From Octopus bimaculoides (Eukaryota): a DNA stretch of 34,291 nucleotides. Shown piece after piece: positions 23,835 to 34,291 of the stretch (position 1 is its first letter; each line of letters starts with the position of its first letter). The position numbers and the translations under genes were made by a program. Location of the stretch: the NCBI RefSeq assembly GCF_001194135.2, contig NC_068993.1, positions 35,293,296 through 35,327,586 on the forward strand, written 5' to 3'. Under the pieces are notes generated by a model, which searched no databases, was not told where the DNA came from, and worked only from the letters and a program-made list of their open reading frames with translations.

Positions 23835-26265
23835 ACACCAATCATGCTCCCATACAAATTCCAAATCAAAACAATACCAAATGAGCCTGACGGACGGAGG
23901 ATTATTAGAGAAAGTTTAGCACTATTCCATCTAAAATCAGAGATCGAACTAACACTTAGAGCCTCCACTAATGAAGAAAAATATAAAAACATTGACGAAG
24001 AGATTCACAGGGAAATAAACAAACAAACTGAGGGACAACCCTTCGAAACACCATAAATCTTTGGAAATAAGTCTGTGAAAAGGAAGGATGAAATTCTCTC
24101 CCACACTGGGAAAAAAGCAATGATTTCTTCCAAAGATATGATTCAACTTTTAAAAAAGAATTCAGTGCAGATAATCCTTTTCTAAAGCAAAAACTACAAA
24201 TAGCAAGAAAAATCTGAGCAACGCACAAATCACCCCTACCCACCCAATTTTAACAACTTAGTTAACAACAACCCTCTTCATTATCCTCCATACACCATAA
24301 ATAGAAATCAACTACCACCACCATTTTTGAACCATCCAAAACTAAACAGCAAACAAGCTGACAGCCAAAGCATTTATGAAATAGATTACACCAAATCTAC
24401 AGATCACTCATACAGCAGGAACAGAACACACCAACAACGTCCCAATACCATGCATAACAACCCCATAACAACACAAAACAACACTAGGATAAGAAACACA
24501 CCACATACCAGGTACTGCTACCCCATGACCCAAAATTACTGGCCCCCACCGAACACATGAACAGCACAAATTAACACTAGGTCAAGAAACACCCCGCATA
24601 CAAGAAATTCCAAGCAAAAATATACCGCATAGAGAAATGTTACACACATCAGTAACCAAAACCACCCATAGACACCTCCACACACATAACAATCTGAGGC
24701 AACAATACCACCATTCCCCCGGATCAATCCCATACAACTTCACAGACAGCTCTCGCAAAAAAAAAAACCTGCAACCAACATTTTTTAGCCCAGACTAGAG
24801 ACACCAGGACACAGGTTGAAACTTGGTGATTAGAAAAAAACCGAAGATAATTAACCTCTCAACTAAACCTCTTTCAAGCACAAAAATAGACATCCTCTCA
24901 AAAGGGTTAAAATTCACCCCAACTCTATACAGAGCCAACCGAAATGAAGTGAAGGACAGTATAATAGAATTATGTAGAAAATTAAGACGCACAGAAGCAT
25001 TAGCCAATTACATGGCTCACTAGTCAAAAACAAAAGTGAACACATCCCCCACAAAGGAAAAAATTAAAATCTTGATGAATTCTGCAACCACCTTGAGAAC
25101 TTTCCCTACCACACCATGCATAAACAGAAAGTCAAGTCAAACTTTAGCACTACACAATAGAAAGAAATAGCAGAAGTTCAAGATAATGAAGATATAACGA
25201 TTAAGGAAGCAGATAAAGGAAGTAATAATCACATTATACTATAGAAATCTAGTAATCTCCATGCTTAATAAAAGTCAACATTGCGAAAAAATCACAAACT
25301 ATACCCCGCCAAAAATAATGAAAATGCTGTCGTCACTAATTAAAACCCGTGGCAAAAAACCGACAACCCAAAAAATTGACTTTTAACGGACTTTAAATGC
25401 AAACCTAGCCTTTTCTACGGTCTACCAAAAGTCAACAAAAGCCAGATTATAAATGAAACCATAAAAAAATCACCAAAGACGTACATACATACACCAAACC
25501 CAGGGGACGTAAAATTACGATCCATTATATCTGGCCCAGCCTGTGAAACACCAATAGCCATATCAGAGAGGACTTGGACATATTAAATCACCTCCCCAAA
25601 AACGTCAAGGAACAAAAAATCATGGTTTCATTTGATGTGATTAATTTATATTCCAGTATACCTCAATTATGGGCTAGAGACAATTCAGTTCTGGCAGGTC
25701 CAATTCCGGAAGAAATTCCAGAAAGAATCAGCAAAAGGTTCATAATTTAATCGGTTGAATTCATCCTACGAAACAACCACTTCATGTTTGACAATACATT
25801 TTATCGACAAAATCCGGAATTGCCATGGACACTAGGGCAGTCCCAGTCATTGCGAACCTAGCAATGGGCTATCTGGAAATAATAATATACCAGAAATCTT
25901 TATCAACCTTTGGAGACCCCCTTTCCCAATACATGAAAGAAAATTGGAAAAGATTCCTAGACGACTATTTCATACTCTGGAATGAAAACAGACAAATTAC
26001 TGAAATTCAAAAGACTATTGAATAGCGTCAACTCAAGCATACAGTTCACAATGGAGTACAACTAAAAGGAGCTCGCGCCCATTCTTGGATATACTAATTT
26101 AAAGAAATAAACCTAAAAATAGAAATGAACATATTTTACAAAACTACAGACGCCAAACAATATCTACTATTTAATTCATGTCACCCAAGACACACCGAAA
26201 GAAACACCGCCTTCAACTTTGCAAGAAGGATATGCACAATAGAGTCAGATTTCTCCAAAAACAAA
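23835..26265 (+). mobile_element. Decayed Penelope-like retroelement (PLE): N-terminal region, low-complexity linker and RT; no GIY-YIG endonuclease seen
   Basis: PLE motifs occur in order despite many stops and frameshifts: IINLS (24847), KGLKFTPT (24901), IKEADKG (25200), FYGLPKVNK (25413), KLRSIISGP (25512), VSFDVINLYSSIP (25625), GIAMDT (25816), WKRFLDDYFILW (25945), IQFTME, FLDI, HPRHTERNTAFNFARRICTI (26182). The 5' end runs into an N-gap. Confidence 0.9.
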
Positions 26266-26859
26266 AAATTATACGCAATATTTTATAACATTTTTCTAAC
26301 ATAACGATTCAAATATATTCTTTAAACCATATAACACAACCCTTCTGTAGTTTTTTCGCTCTATTTTGTCTTATATATACATACATATATATGTGTGTTG
26401 TGTATGTATACTGGGAAATATCGCGGTGCAGCTATGTCTACATAAGTATTAAATAACAAAACAGCAAAAGAGACAGCGTTAGAGATGAGTGTTCAGGAAA
26501 AACCTTGTTGTTAGCTCATTATTTATTGGTCATTCGTTAACCTCCAGCGCTTTCGGTTTCATAAAGCTTTACCAGACGAATATCTATTTTGTTATCTCCT
26601 ATAAATTGAGGGTCAAATACACAGGCCTATATAGCTTAACTGATGAAATGTTTTAAAGTCGAAAACGCTTACAGTTAACGTTAAGGAATAAAACGTAGAG
26701 CAGCAGCAAATATTCCAGACATAAATTATTTTTATGATTACTTTTTTTCTTTTGTCGATATGTTATATTATTTTGACACACACACACACATACATATCTG
26801 TACTGACGTAAAACCTACAGCTTAAACATGTTGCTCAAGTTACATCTACGCATTATACA

Positions 26860-26947
<88 letters not shown>

Positions 26948-26956
26948 TGTGTGTGT
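26860..26956. repeat. (TG)n microsatellite
   Basis: Read directly. Confidence 0.97.
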
Positions 26957-27260
26957 TTATCGCTTAGCTAAACAGATGCAAGCAATATTTGTTTCAGGTC
27001 ATTTAAGCTAACAGAATATTGTTATCATTTCTATCAACGACTAGTTGGGAATACTTGAAAGAGAGAAAAAAAAAACTGTGGACAGAAGACAATCAGATTT
27101 CCTTAATACTCGAAAGTCATTGTTCTACTCTTCCTCAGTGTAAGCCTGTTTAGAAAGAATTCTTTTATAGATAAATTTATTGCAGCAAATTAAAGCTGAA
27201 TAATCGCATACTTCAGGTTTAGATTTTCTAGAGACAGAAAACTTATCTTATATGCACTCT

Positions 27261-27461
27261 AGGCACAAGGCCCGAAATTTTGGGGGAGGACACTAGTCGA
27301 TTATATCGACCTCAGTACGCAACTGGTAATTAATTTATCGACCCCGAAAGGATGAATGGTAAAGTTGACCTCGGTGGAATTTGAACTCCAAACGTAAAGA
27401 CAGATGAAATGCCGCTAAGCATTCCGCCCAGCGTGCTAACGTTTCTGCCAGTTGGCTGCCT
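27261..27461 (-). mobile_element. tRNA-derived SINE (family B) with 13-bp target-site duplication
   Basis: Minus strand GGCAGCCAACTGGCAGAAACGTTAGCACG...GAGTTCAAATTCCACCGAGGTCAAC...TCATCCTTTCGGGGTCGATAAA contains A/B-box-like motifs. It is flanked by TTATATGCACTCT at 27248-27260 and 27462-27474. Confidence 0.85.
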
Positions 27462-27883
27462 TTATATGCACTCTGTTGCTGTGGACTATATATATCACGT
27501 AAACTGTCACTTCTTCAGTCGCATAAGTATTATTGACTATTTTTTTAAAAAATACACACACGCAAACACTCACAATAATTTCATGGGTAGCATAGGAAGT
27601 ACCTTCAAGCATTACATCAATTCCTAAGATTTTCTAATGATGCAAGCTCAATTTACATTCCTAGGCAAATCTTTTGGAAAGACAGGTACAATGCTATATT
27701 AATGACACAATGTATCACAAACTTGTTAGATGTGGTAGCTAAATGAATTAACTGGGGTACATGAAAACATGTCAGTAAAAATATTAACAGAATAACAAAC
27801 CAGAAAGTAAAGGAACGAAACTTATACGGCAAATAATTATGCCCAAGTCTGCTATAAACTACCCTAATATTGATTTCCCATTT

Positions 27884-28083
27884 TGGCACAAGCCCAGTAA
27901 TTTCGGGGGAGGGGTTAAGTCTATTACATCAATCCTAGTGCTCGAAGGGTACTTGTTATATCGACTCCAAAAGCATGAAAGGCTGAGCTAACCTCGGCGG
28001 AAATTAAACTCAGAACATAAAGACGGACGAAATGCCGCTAAGCATCCCACCCGGAGTGCTTACGATTCTGTCGGTTCACGTCC
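27884..28083 (-). mobile_element. SINE family B copy
   Basis: Colinear with 27261-27461 (GGCACAAG...CCTCGG.GGAA.T..AACTC..AAC.TAAAGAC.GA.GAAATGCCGCTAAGCAT). No TSD seen. Confidence 0.8.
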
Positions 28084-31000
28084 TTGCATCTGTTTTATAT
28101 TGAAATACATTGCAACACACTGCTTGTCTAAAATAATTATCATCGCCACCTAATGCATAAGAGATACTGTACATGGAGATAATTTCTCAGTGGGGCAAAA
28201 CGTTACTCAAGATTCATTTCCATTCAACACAAGTTCACTTGAAGTTTGTTTTTGAGAGACACCATTAATTTTACAAAGGCAAACTTTCCTTTTCAGTACA
28301 ATATTATGTAAGCTACTCCAGATGTTTTTGTCCATACAGTTATAATACAATTGATATATAATGAGAGATTATATAGCGTTAGCGTGTATATAGTTTCGTG
28401 ATTCCATGTTATTAGTTCCAAAGTCACTTCTATTGAAATTTAAAACGGCAATATTCAACCAGGTGGCAAAAGATTACATTTTGGTTTATGGCGCATACAC
28501 GAAACTAAATGAAATAACATAGGCATCCTCCAAAATCATCACAAGTTACATATAATTAAAACTACGTAAGTACTTGCATATATAAGTATTTCATATATGC
28601 AATATACGAATTAGTTAACATGTTATGACTGTTGAGTTTGGGGCCGATCCAAAAAGTGGCCCAGCTACCTTGCTAGACTCTAGTCACTTCACCATCATTG
28701 ACTGAAATCCACCCATTAAAGCAAGAATTTCGTCAGAATTTGTTTTTATTTGTATAACTTGACGCTTAAATCTTTATAAGAAATAAACAGTAGGTATGCG
28801 TCTGTATCACTTGTCTCTATATATTATGGAAGCTTAGTGATTTAAACATGTCTCGTTTAATATACATCATATTAGCTTCTAACGAATGATATTTAGAGAA
28901 AACAATTCCTCTAATATTGATTTCTTGCTTATGTACAAAACAAGTTTTATCAGATAAGATGATGCAGTCTATCAGTTACAGCTAATATTTTACTTTTATT
29001 TTATCGATTTTATTTATATTCTAACGAAAGACAAACTCAACTACATAGTGAAGGACCTAATTAAGTATTAGAAAATAAACTTCGTTCATCGCTCGGCTGT
29101 ATCAGCCAGGTTTGCTGCAGTCTAAATAGTTGAACTATAAATATTCTCTTAATAAATCATTCTCCAGTCTATAGTTGTGTGATCATCCTTTCTAGCTCTT
29201 AGTTTTGCTAAATTAGTGTTAAGACCAAAATTACAAAAGAATATGTCTTGCATAAATAAATCGTTTGTCTTATGTTTAGATGTACTAAATATAAGTAACT
29301 TATGCAGTTATGCATTCGATGAAAGAAATTAGTTATAAGTATCAAAGGATTATACTTATAACTAGATATTAAAATACTGGATGGCACCAACGACGAAAGT
29401 CGATTTACTGACGTAAACACCATTCACGTTTAAGCGCTATAAATACGCAATTAAACATGAGCACAAAATGAATTGCAGATTTTCATTTCGCTTGTGCAGA
29501 TTAAAAATATTTACAAGGAGCTGAGGTTTTCTTTTTATCGCCAGCCATTCTTTAGCTGCTAATATTTGAATTTGTATGTTAATAGGATAACATTTCTATG
29601 GGAATAATATAATCAAGTGAATGTACATCAATGTCTTACTGGTAATTAATTTATTGAGAGAGAATTAAAGCAAAATGCACGCTAATAGTTTGATAAAATA
29701 ATTTTTAATAACTTCTTAATGTACAATATTGAATTATCAAATATAAACTCTAACGTATTTTGATCGATCTCAAAGTCCAGTTATTATAGTATCAGCGGCA
29801 GAATAGTCAGGTTTTTCTCAAGACAGTCACAGGTGAATATGATGTGAAATGTTTAAAAGCGGGAATTGAAATGTCGCAACTTATGAGGATCGATTCATAT
29901 GTTCCCCACTTCGTGTCACATTCGTGTTGTCATATGAATGGGCTTCAGCAGAAGGTTCAGACGGCATTGCTGCTTGCTCTACCAATGCAGGTTTGTAAAA
30001 CAGGCAGAAGACCTCAAATTTGGGGAACGAGTAGAGGGGATTAAATATCCCCTGCTTGAAAGGTTCTTTGTTTTATTCATCCTCGTAGGATGAAAAGCAA
30101 AATCGACAAAGACGTGAGTAGATCTTAGAATGTATATACCGCAACAAAATATTGTAAAGCAATTTATCCGACCTTTTTCCTGTCTGTTATCCCACCCACT
30201 AATTTCGAAAGTAGGAAGCTATAAGAAATTTTTAAACGTGTTGCAAAGATGTATGCCCGTATTGTTTAGGTGTTACTAGTTTACAGTTTTTATTCCCCAT
30301 TTATTCTACCATACAATTTGTCTCACCAGTACTTAAAATTCCTCCCTCAGTAAAGTAACTAACAGTCACATATTAGCATCGATTCAATCGACTGAATCCT
30401 TCATATACTTATGTATCTATATAATCAATTTTTATTTAGGTGATGTAGTGTTTTTATACGCCATTTTGTCTATGCACAATAAAAATGTCATTAAAATATT
30501 TTTATTCTCTTCACGAAAATTCAGTACGACTTGAATCGTAATTCAATCGGCAAATTCAATTTTATTTCCTGTTTTCATTTTCACAAACAATAAATAAAAG
30601 CATTTTCATTTATTTTTCTTCCTTCAATATTTCAAACGTTTTCAGGAAGACAAGGAAAACTGCAACACGAATAGAGAGGATATTTATGAAAAGACTTCCA
30701 GAGAAGCCTCCTGGTTAATACAGGTGATGTTTTGAGTAAAATAAAGGCAACCATTTATATAAAGTCTGGGAAGCGTACAAAATGCGTTAAGTACGCCATT
30801 ACATTAACAAAACACTCGTTAATAATGTCATAATGCCCGCAATTCAAATACTTCATTTGCGCTTCAAAGATAAATCGAACACGTAATTAGGGCCTTCCAC
30901 TTTATGTAACACTAATTAAATTAAATTAAAATACTGTAATGTGGAAGCGTATTTTGTAGATTTTTTCTCTTAAGCAGTGCATCGATTGAAACTGACAATG

Positions 31001-32169
31001 AATAGGAAGAAAACTACCAGATAATTTGTTCTTGTATAATAAAGTAATTAAATAATTACTGTAATAACAACCTATTGTATGAAATTTATATGTCCATGGT
31101 TATCACACAAAGCGAAATATATTTGGAAAAGTTATTGTCATCACTATCCTTAGAATTTAATTCTCTAATGCATGTATAATTACTAAATATATGATTTTAA
31201 AATCAGTCGTATATTTCACATAGGCCAAAGATTAGTTCAGTCGCAAAGTCATTTCCATAATCTATCTGAAAAGGAAAACAGCTCTTAGCGCAGACACGCC
31301 ACAATCTAAATGCTTTCGCTTCAGGCAAATTTTATTTAACTTTTCCTGAATCTGAAGGAAACTAATAAATCCTGACAGAAGCTAATAGGTGTTCACACAA
31401 ACTTTTATAAATAGTGTAAATCTTCATCATATAACATCATATTTCCTCACAAAATAAAGGATATATTATACACTGTAGTCCTAATTCTGAAACATAAAAG
31501 AGGAACTGTTCACGGAACACCCTTGATTTTAGAATTGCACGATCATGACTGATGTTGGGCTAACATCAATAACAACCTGCTAGAAGACGTATTGTTAAAA
31601 GAATACAGAATTGTTTTGCTTTTAAAAGAGATGAAGTCAAATTGTAAATTTGGTGTTGATTATAAGCGATTAGACAAAATAGTTACATATTGGTTGTTTT
31701 GATTGTATTTCTTGATGACTAGTAATAAATACACAAAACATTGCAATATAATTAATATTATAGTTTATAGTACTTATTTTAGTCTAAATAATAATCCTCT
31801 ATTAAAATTTACTTGGATGTATGTGAATATCATTTAATACGTTATAAACGTGTGCAGTAAATGTTTCTTGGTGGTCATACACTGAAAATTCCATGAATCT
31901 GAAACTAAATGCTGAGTTTCTCTCTGTACAAAACATAGTTGTACCAAAGAAAGAAATACATGTTCTGAAACCTTTCTTTAAAACTTTGTAAAAGCAGTTA
32001 AAGGTCTGCCAGTAAATTAGATCGCATAATTTTTGCATAAATTTTCTTCTCTATCTAAGACTATCAAGCAAATTATATGATTCAGATACAAAGCCAATAT
32101 TTTGGGAGAAGAGAATAGTTGGTTGAAGGGCTCCTTTTCCTTAACTAATAATTAATTTTCACGGAGATA

Positions 32170-32385
32170 GCAGAAAGCCAAAGTTAACGTTTCCGTATTT
32201 GAATTCAGAACATAAAGACACGTAATAAACGTAAAGATTATAAGTTGTAGCATAAGCAGAGAACCATGTATTTCGTGGGAGGCATCTTCACCGTAAATTG
32301 ATCCGATCCTTAGACGATACATTATTTTATGAGCCGAGAATAAAGACGAGAAAAATTAATCGAGGCTAGATATGGACTTAACAGA
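32170..32385 (-). mobile_element. Highly decayed SINE family B fragments
   Basis: The reverse complement of 32170-32225 gives GTCTTTATGTTCTGAATTCAAATACGGAAACGTTAACTTTGGCTTT, similar to the family B B-box region. A weaker second match lies near 32325-32385. Confidence 0.4.
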
Positions 32386-32422
32386 AATGAGCATAACAAA
32401 TTTTGGAACAAAATAATGATGA

Positions 32423-32569
<147 letters not shown>

Positions 32570-32632
32570 TTTGAAATTTAAATAAACTATGAAAATATTC
32601 TAATATACAGATTACAATATAATGTTCAAAAA

Positions 32633-32847
32633 TATTCTTTTATTCTTTTACTTGTTTCAGTTATTTGACTGTGGCCATGCTGGAGTACCGCCTTTAGTCG
32701 AATAAATTTACCCCAGGACTTATTCATTGTAATCCTACTACTTATTCTATCGGTCTCTTTGCCGAAACGCTAGATTATAGGAGCGTTAATAGACCAACAT
32801 CGGTTGTCAAACGATGGTGGGGGAACAAATACAGATACACAAATACA

Positions 32848-32879
<32 letters not shown>

Positions 32880-33072
32880 CACACACATGTATATATATAT
32901 ATATATATATATATATTCGACGGGTTTCTTTCAGTTTCCATCTACCAAATCCACTCACAAGGCCTTGGCCAGCCCGAAGCTATAGTAGAAGATGCTTGCC
33001 CGAGGTGCCACGCAGTGGGACTGAACCCAGAACTATGTGGTTGGGAAGTAAGCTTCTTACCACTCTTGCGCC
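32633..33072 (-). mobile_element. Near full-length tRNA-derived SINE (family A) with internal (TA)n/(TG)n microsatellite
   Basis: The minus-strand head GGCGCAAGAGTGGTAAGAAGC...GGGTTCAGTCCCACTGCGTGGCACC carries a B-box-like GGTTCAGTCC. It is followed by an internal TA tract (32846-32916), a body homologous to 11113-11390 and a GAAT-type tail. Confidence 0.85.
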
Positions 33073-33558
33073 TTATATAATAGTTTAATTTGAATGCTAA
33101 CGTATATGAGTTTACATTGAGTAATTAAATTGAATTACTATGGTTTACAATAATAGTAAAGTTAAAATTTAACTGAACAGATCCACGGAATTTCCAAATT
33201 CTCTTAACGCTGCTTCATAAATGAACTGAAAACATCCGAATATTTCCTTAATCTCTGACATAATCCAAAGATGTGAAAGTAGCCTTACTTCTAAATACCG
33301 TGATCCATATTACAAGTGAAGTGGTCAAAAAGCATCTATTTAAGGAAACATGCTTTCCAGCTACAGAGCGAATTACACGCTAATGCATTGAATTAATGCA
33401 GCCAAAAAATAACCATGGTTACTTCAGCATGATATTAGTGCTACTGCTACTTCCAGATTTTAATATACATTTATTTATTCTTTTAGAATGGGTATTTATA
33501 CGCATGCATCTTATGTATGCGTATTTATCTATCTATCCATTCATCCAGGCATCTTACT

Positions 33559-33601
33559 ATACATACATACATACATACATACATACATACATACATACAT
33601 A
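33559..33601. repeat. (ACAT)n tetranucleotide repeat
   Basis: Read directly. Confidence 0.93.
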
Positions 33602-33613
33602 ATTACGTGCCTT

Positions 33614-33967
33614 GTTTCAATCATTATACTGTGGCCATGCTGAGTTGTCGCTCTCAAGAATCTTGGTCGAATGAACCGACTGCATTACTTCTTTTTCGCC
33701 ATCTTTGCTGGATCGCTAGGTTACAAAGATTTGAACACACACACACCGTTTCCCAAGCGCAGTGGGGAAGAAATGTAGACTCAAAGACACACATGCAAAC
33801 ACACTCAAACGCACCCATATACACACACACATATTTGTATGCGACAGGCTTGACAAATCCTCGCACATGGCTTTGGCCGGCCTCATGTTATAGTAGGAGA
33901 CACGTACTCATGCAGTGGGACTGAACTCGGAAATGTGTGGTTGGGAAGTAAACTTCTCACTACACAG
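33614..33967 (-). mobile_element. Diverged SINE family A copy
   Basis: Shares GCAGTGGGACTGAAC..GGAA..TGTGGTTGGGAAG (head) and ACTGTGGCCATGCTG (tail) with 32633-33072, and has an internal CA tract. Confidence 0.7.
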
Positions 33968-33991
33968 TTAGAGTGAGACAGACACTCTATT

Positions 33992-34291
33992 GATATTTCT
34001 CAATTCCTTTCCCTGTTTTTGTGTTCATATATAGGCCGGTATGAATTGATCGGCATGTACCGCATCGGCTATCATTGCATTTGGATACAGTGAATGCTTG
34101 ATTTTTGTTGCTGAGGTCAAACCTTGCCTTTGTTAATAGCTTTTTCAAGTTTTTAGGTTGTCTCTTACTGAGAGTTTTGATCTGTAATGATATTTCTCAA
34201 TTCCATACTTTGTGCAAGGATCGGTAAGTTCGCTTTGGCGATATTGAAGATGTTCTGGTGGCATGGATTTTGTGTCACTATAATTGGAATG
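33992..34291 (-). mobile_element. PLE fragment: post-RT Cys-rich linker (Neptune-like), continues beyond the window
   Basis: Minus-strand translation with one frameshift: IPIIVTQNPCHQNIFNIAKANLPILAQSMELRNII / SKRQPKNLKKLLTKARFDLSNKNQAFTVSKCNDSRCGTCRSIHTG. The NL..LL and KC...RC.TC pattern is typical of the linker between RT and GIY-YIG in Neptune-type PLEs. Confidence 0.75.

Noticed and set aside
3-23992. Long ORFs in the supplied track containing X-runs or HT/YI/CV/poly-S/L/E repeats
   Set aside because: They are translations of N-gaps and microsatellites, not genes.

Overview
AT-rich, repeat-dense eukaryotic DNA from a draft assembly with six N-gaps (530-859, 9024-9302, 10120-11065, 20633-20731, 22888-23078, 23611-23834). 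The SINE families and repeat landscape look like an octopus-type cephalopod genome (recognised from memory, not searched). I found one convincing host coding exon: 12465-12782 (-), phase 0/0, 106 aa, resembling the amino-terminal domain of an NMDA-type ionotropic glutamate receptor. Most of the window is therefore probably intron. Mobile-element remnants are: a decayed Penelope-like element (PLE) RT at 23.8-26.3 kb; a second PLE fragment with a Cys-rich linker at the right edge; an internally deleted DD37D Tc1/mariner; a Ty3/Gypsy gag fragment; about ten tRNA-derived SINE copies or fragments; and many microsatellites. The most notable items are two structurally intact type I hammerhead ribozyme (HHR) motifs with palindromic helix III, as known for PLE-associated minimal HHRs. 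One of them (11854-11989, -) lies in the same orientation as the receptor exon, about 475 nt into the downstream intron. Almost all ORFs in the supplied track are artefacts of microsatellites or N-runs. I did not find a clearly novel multi-gene system.
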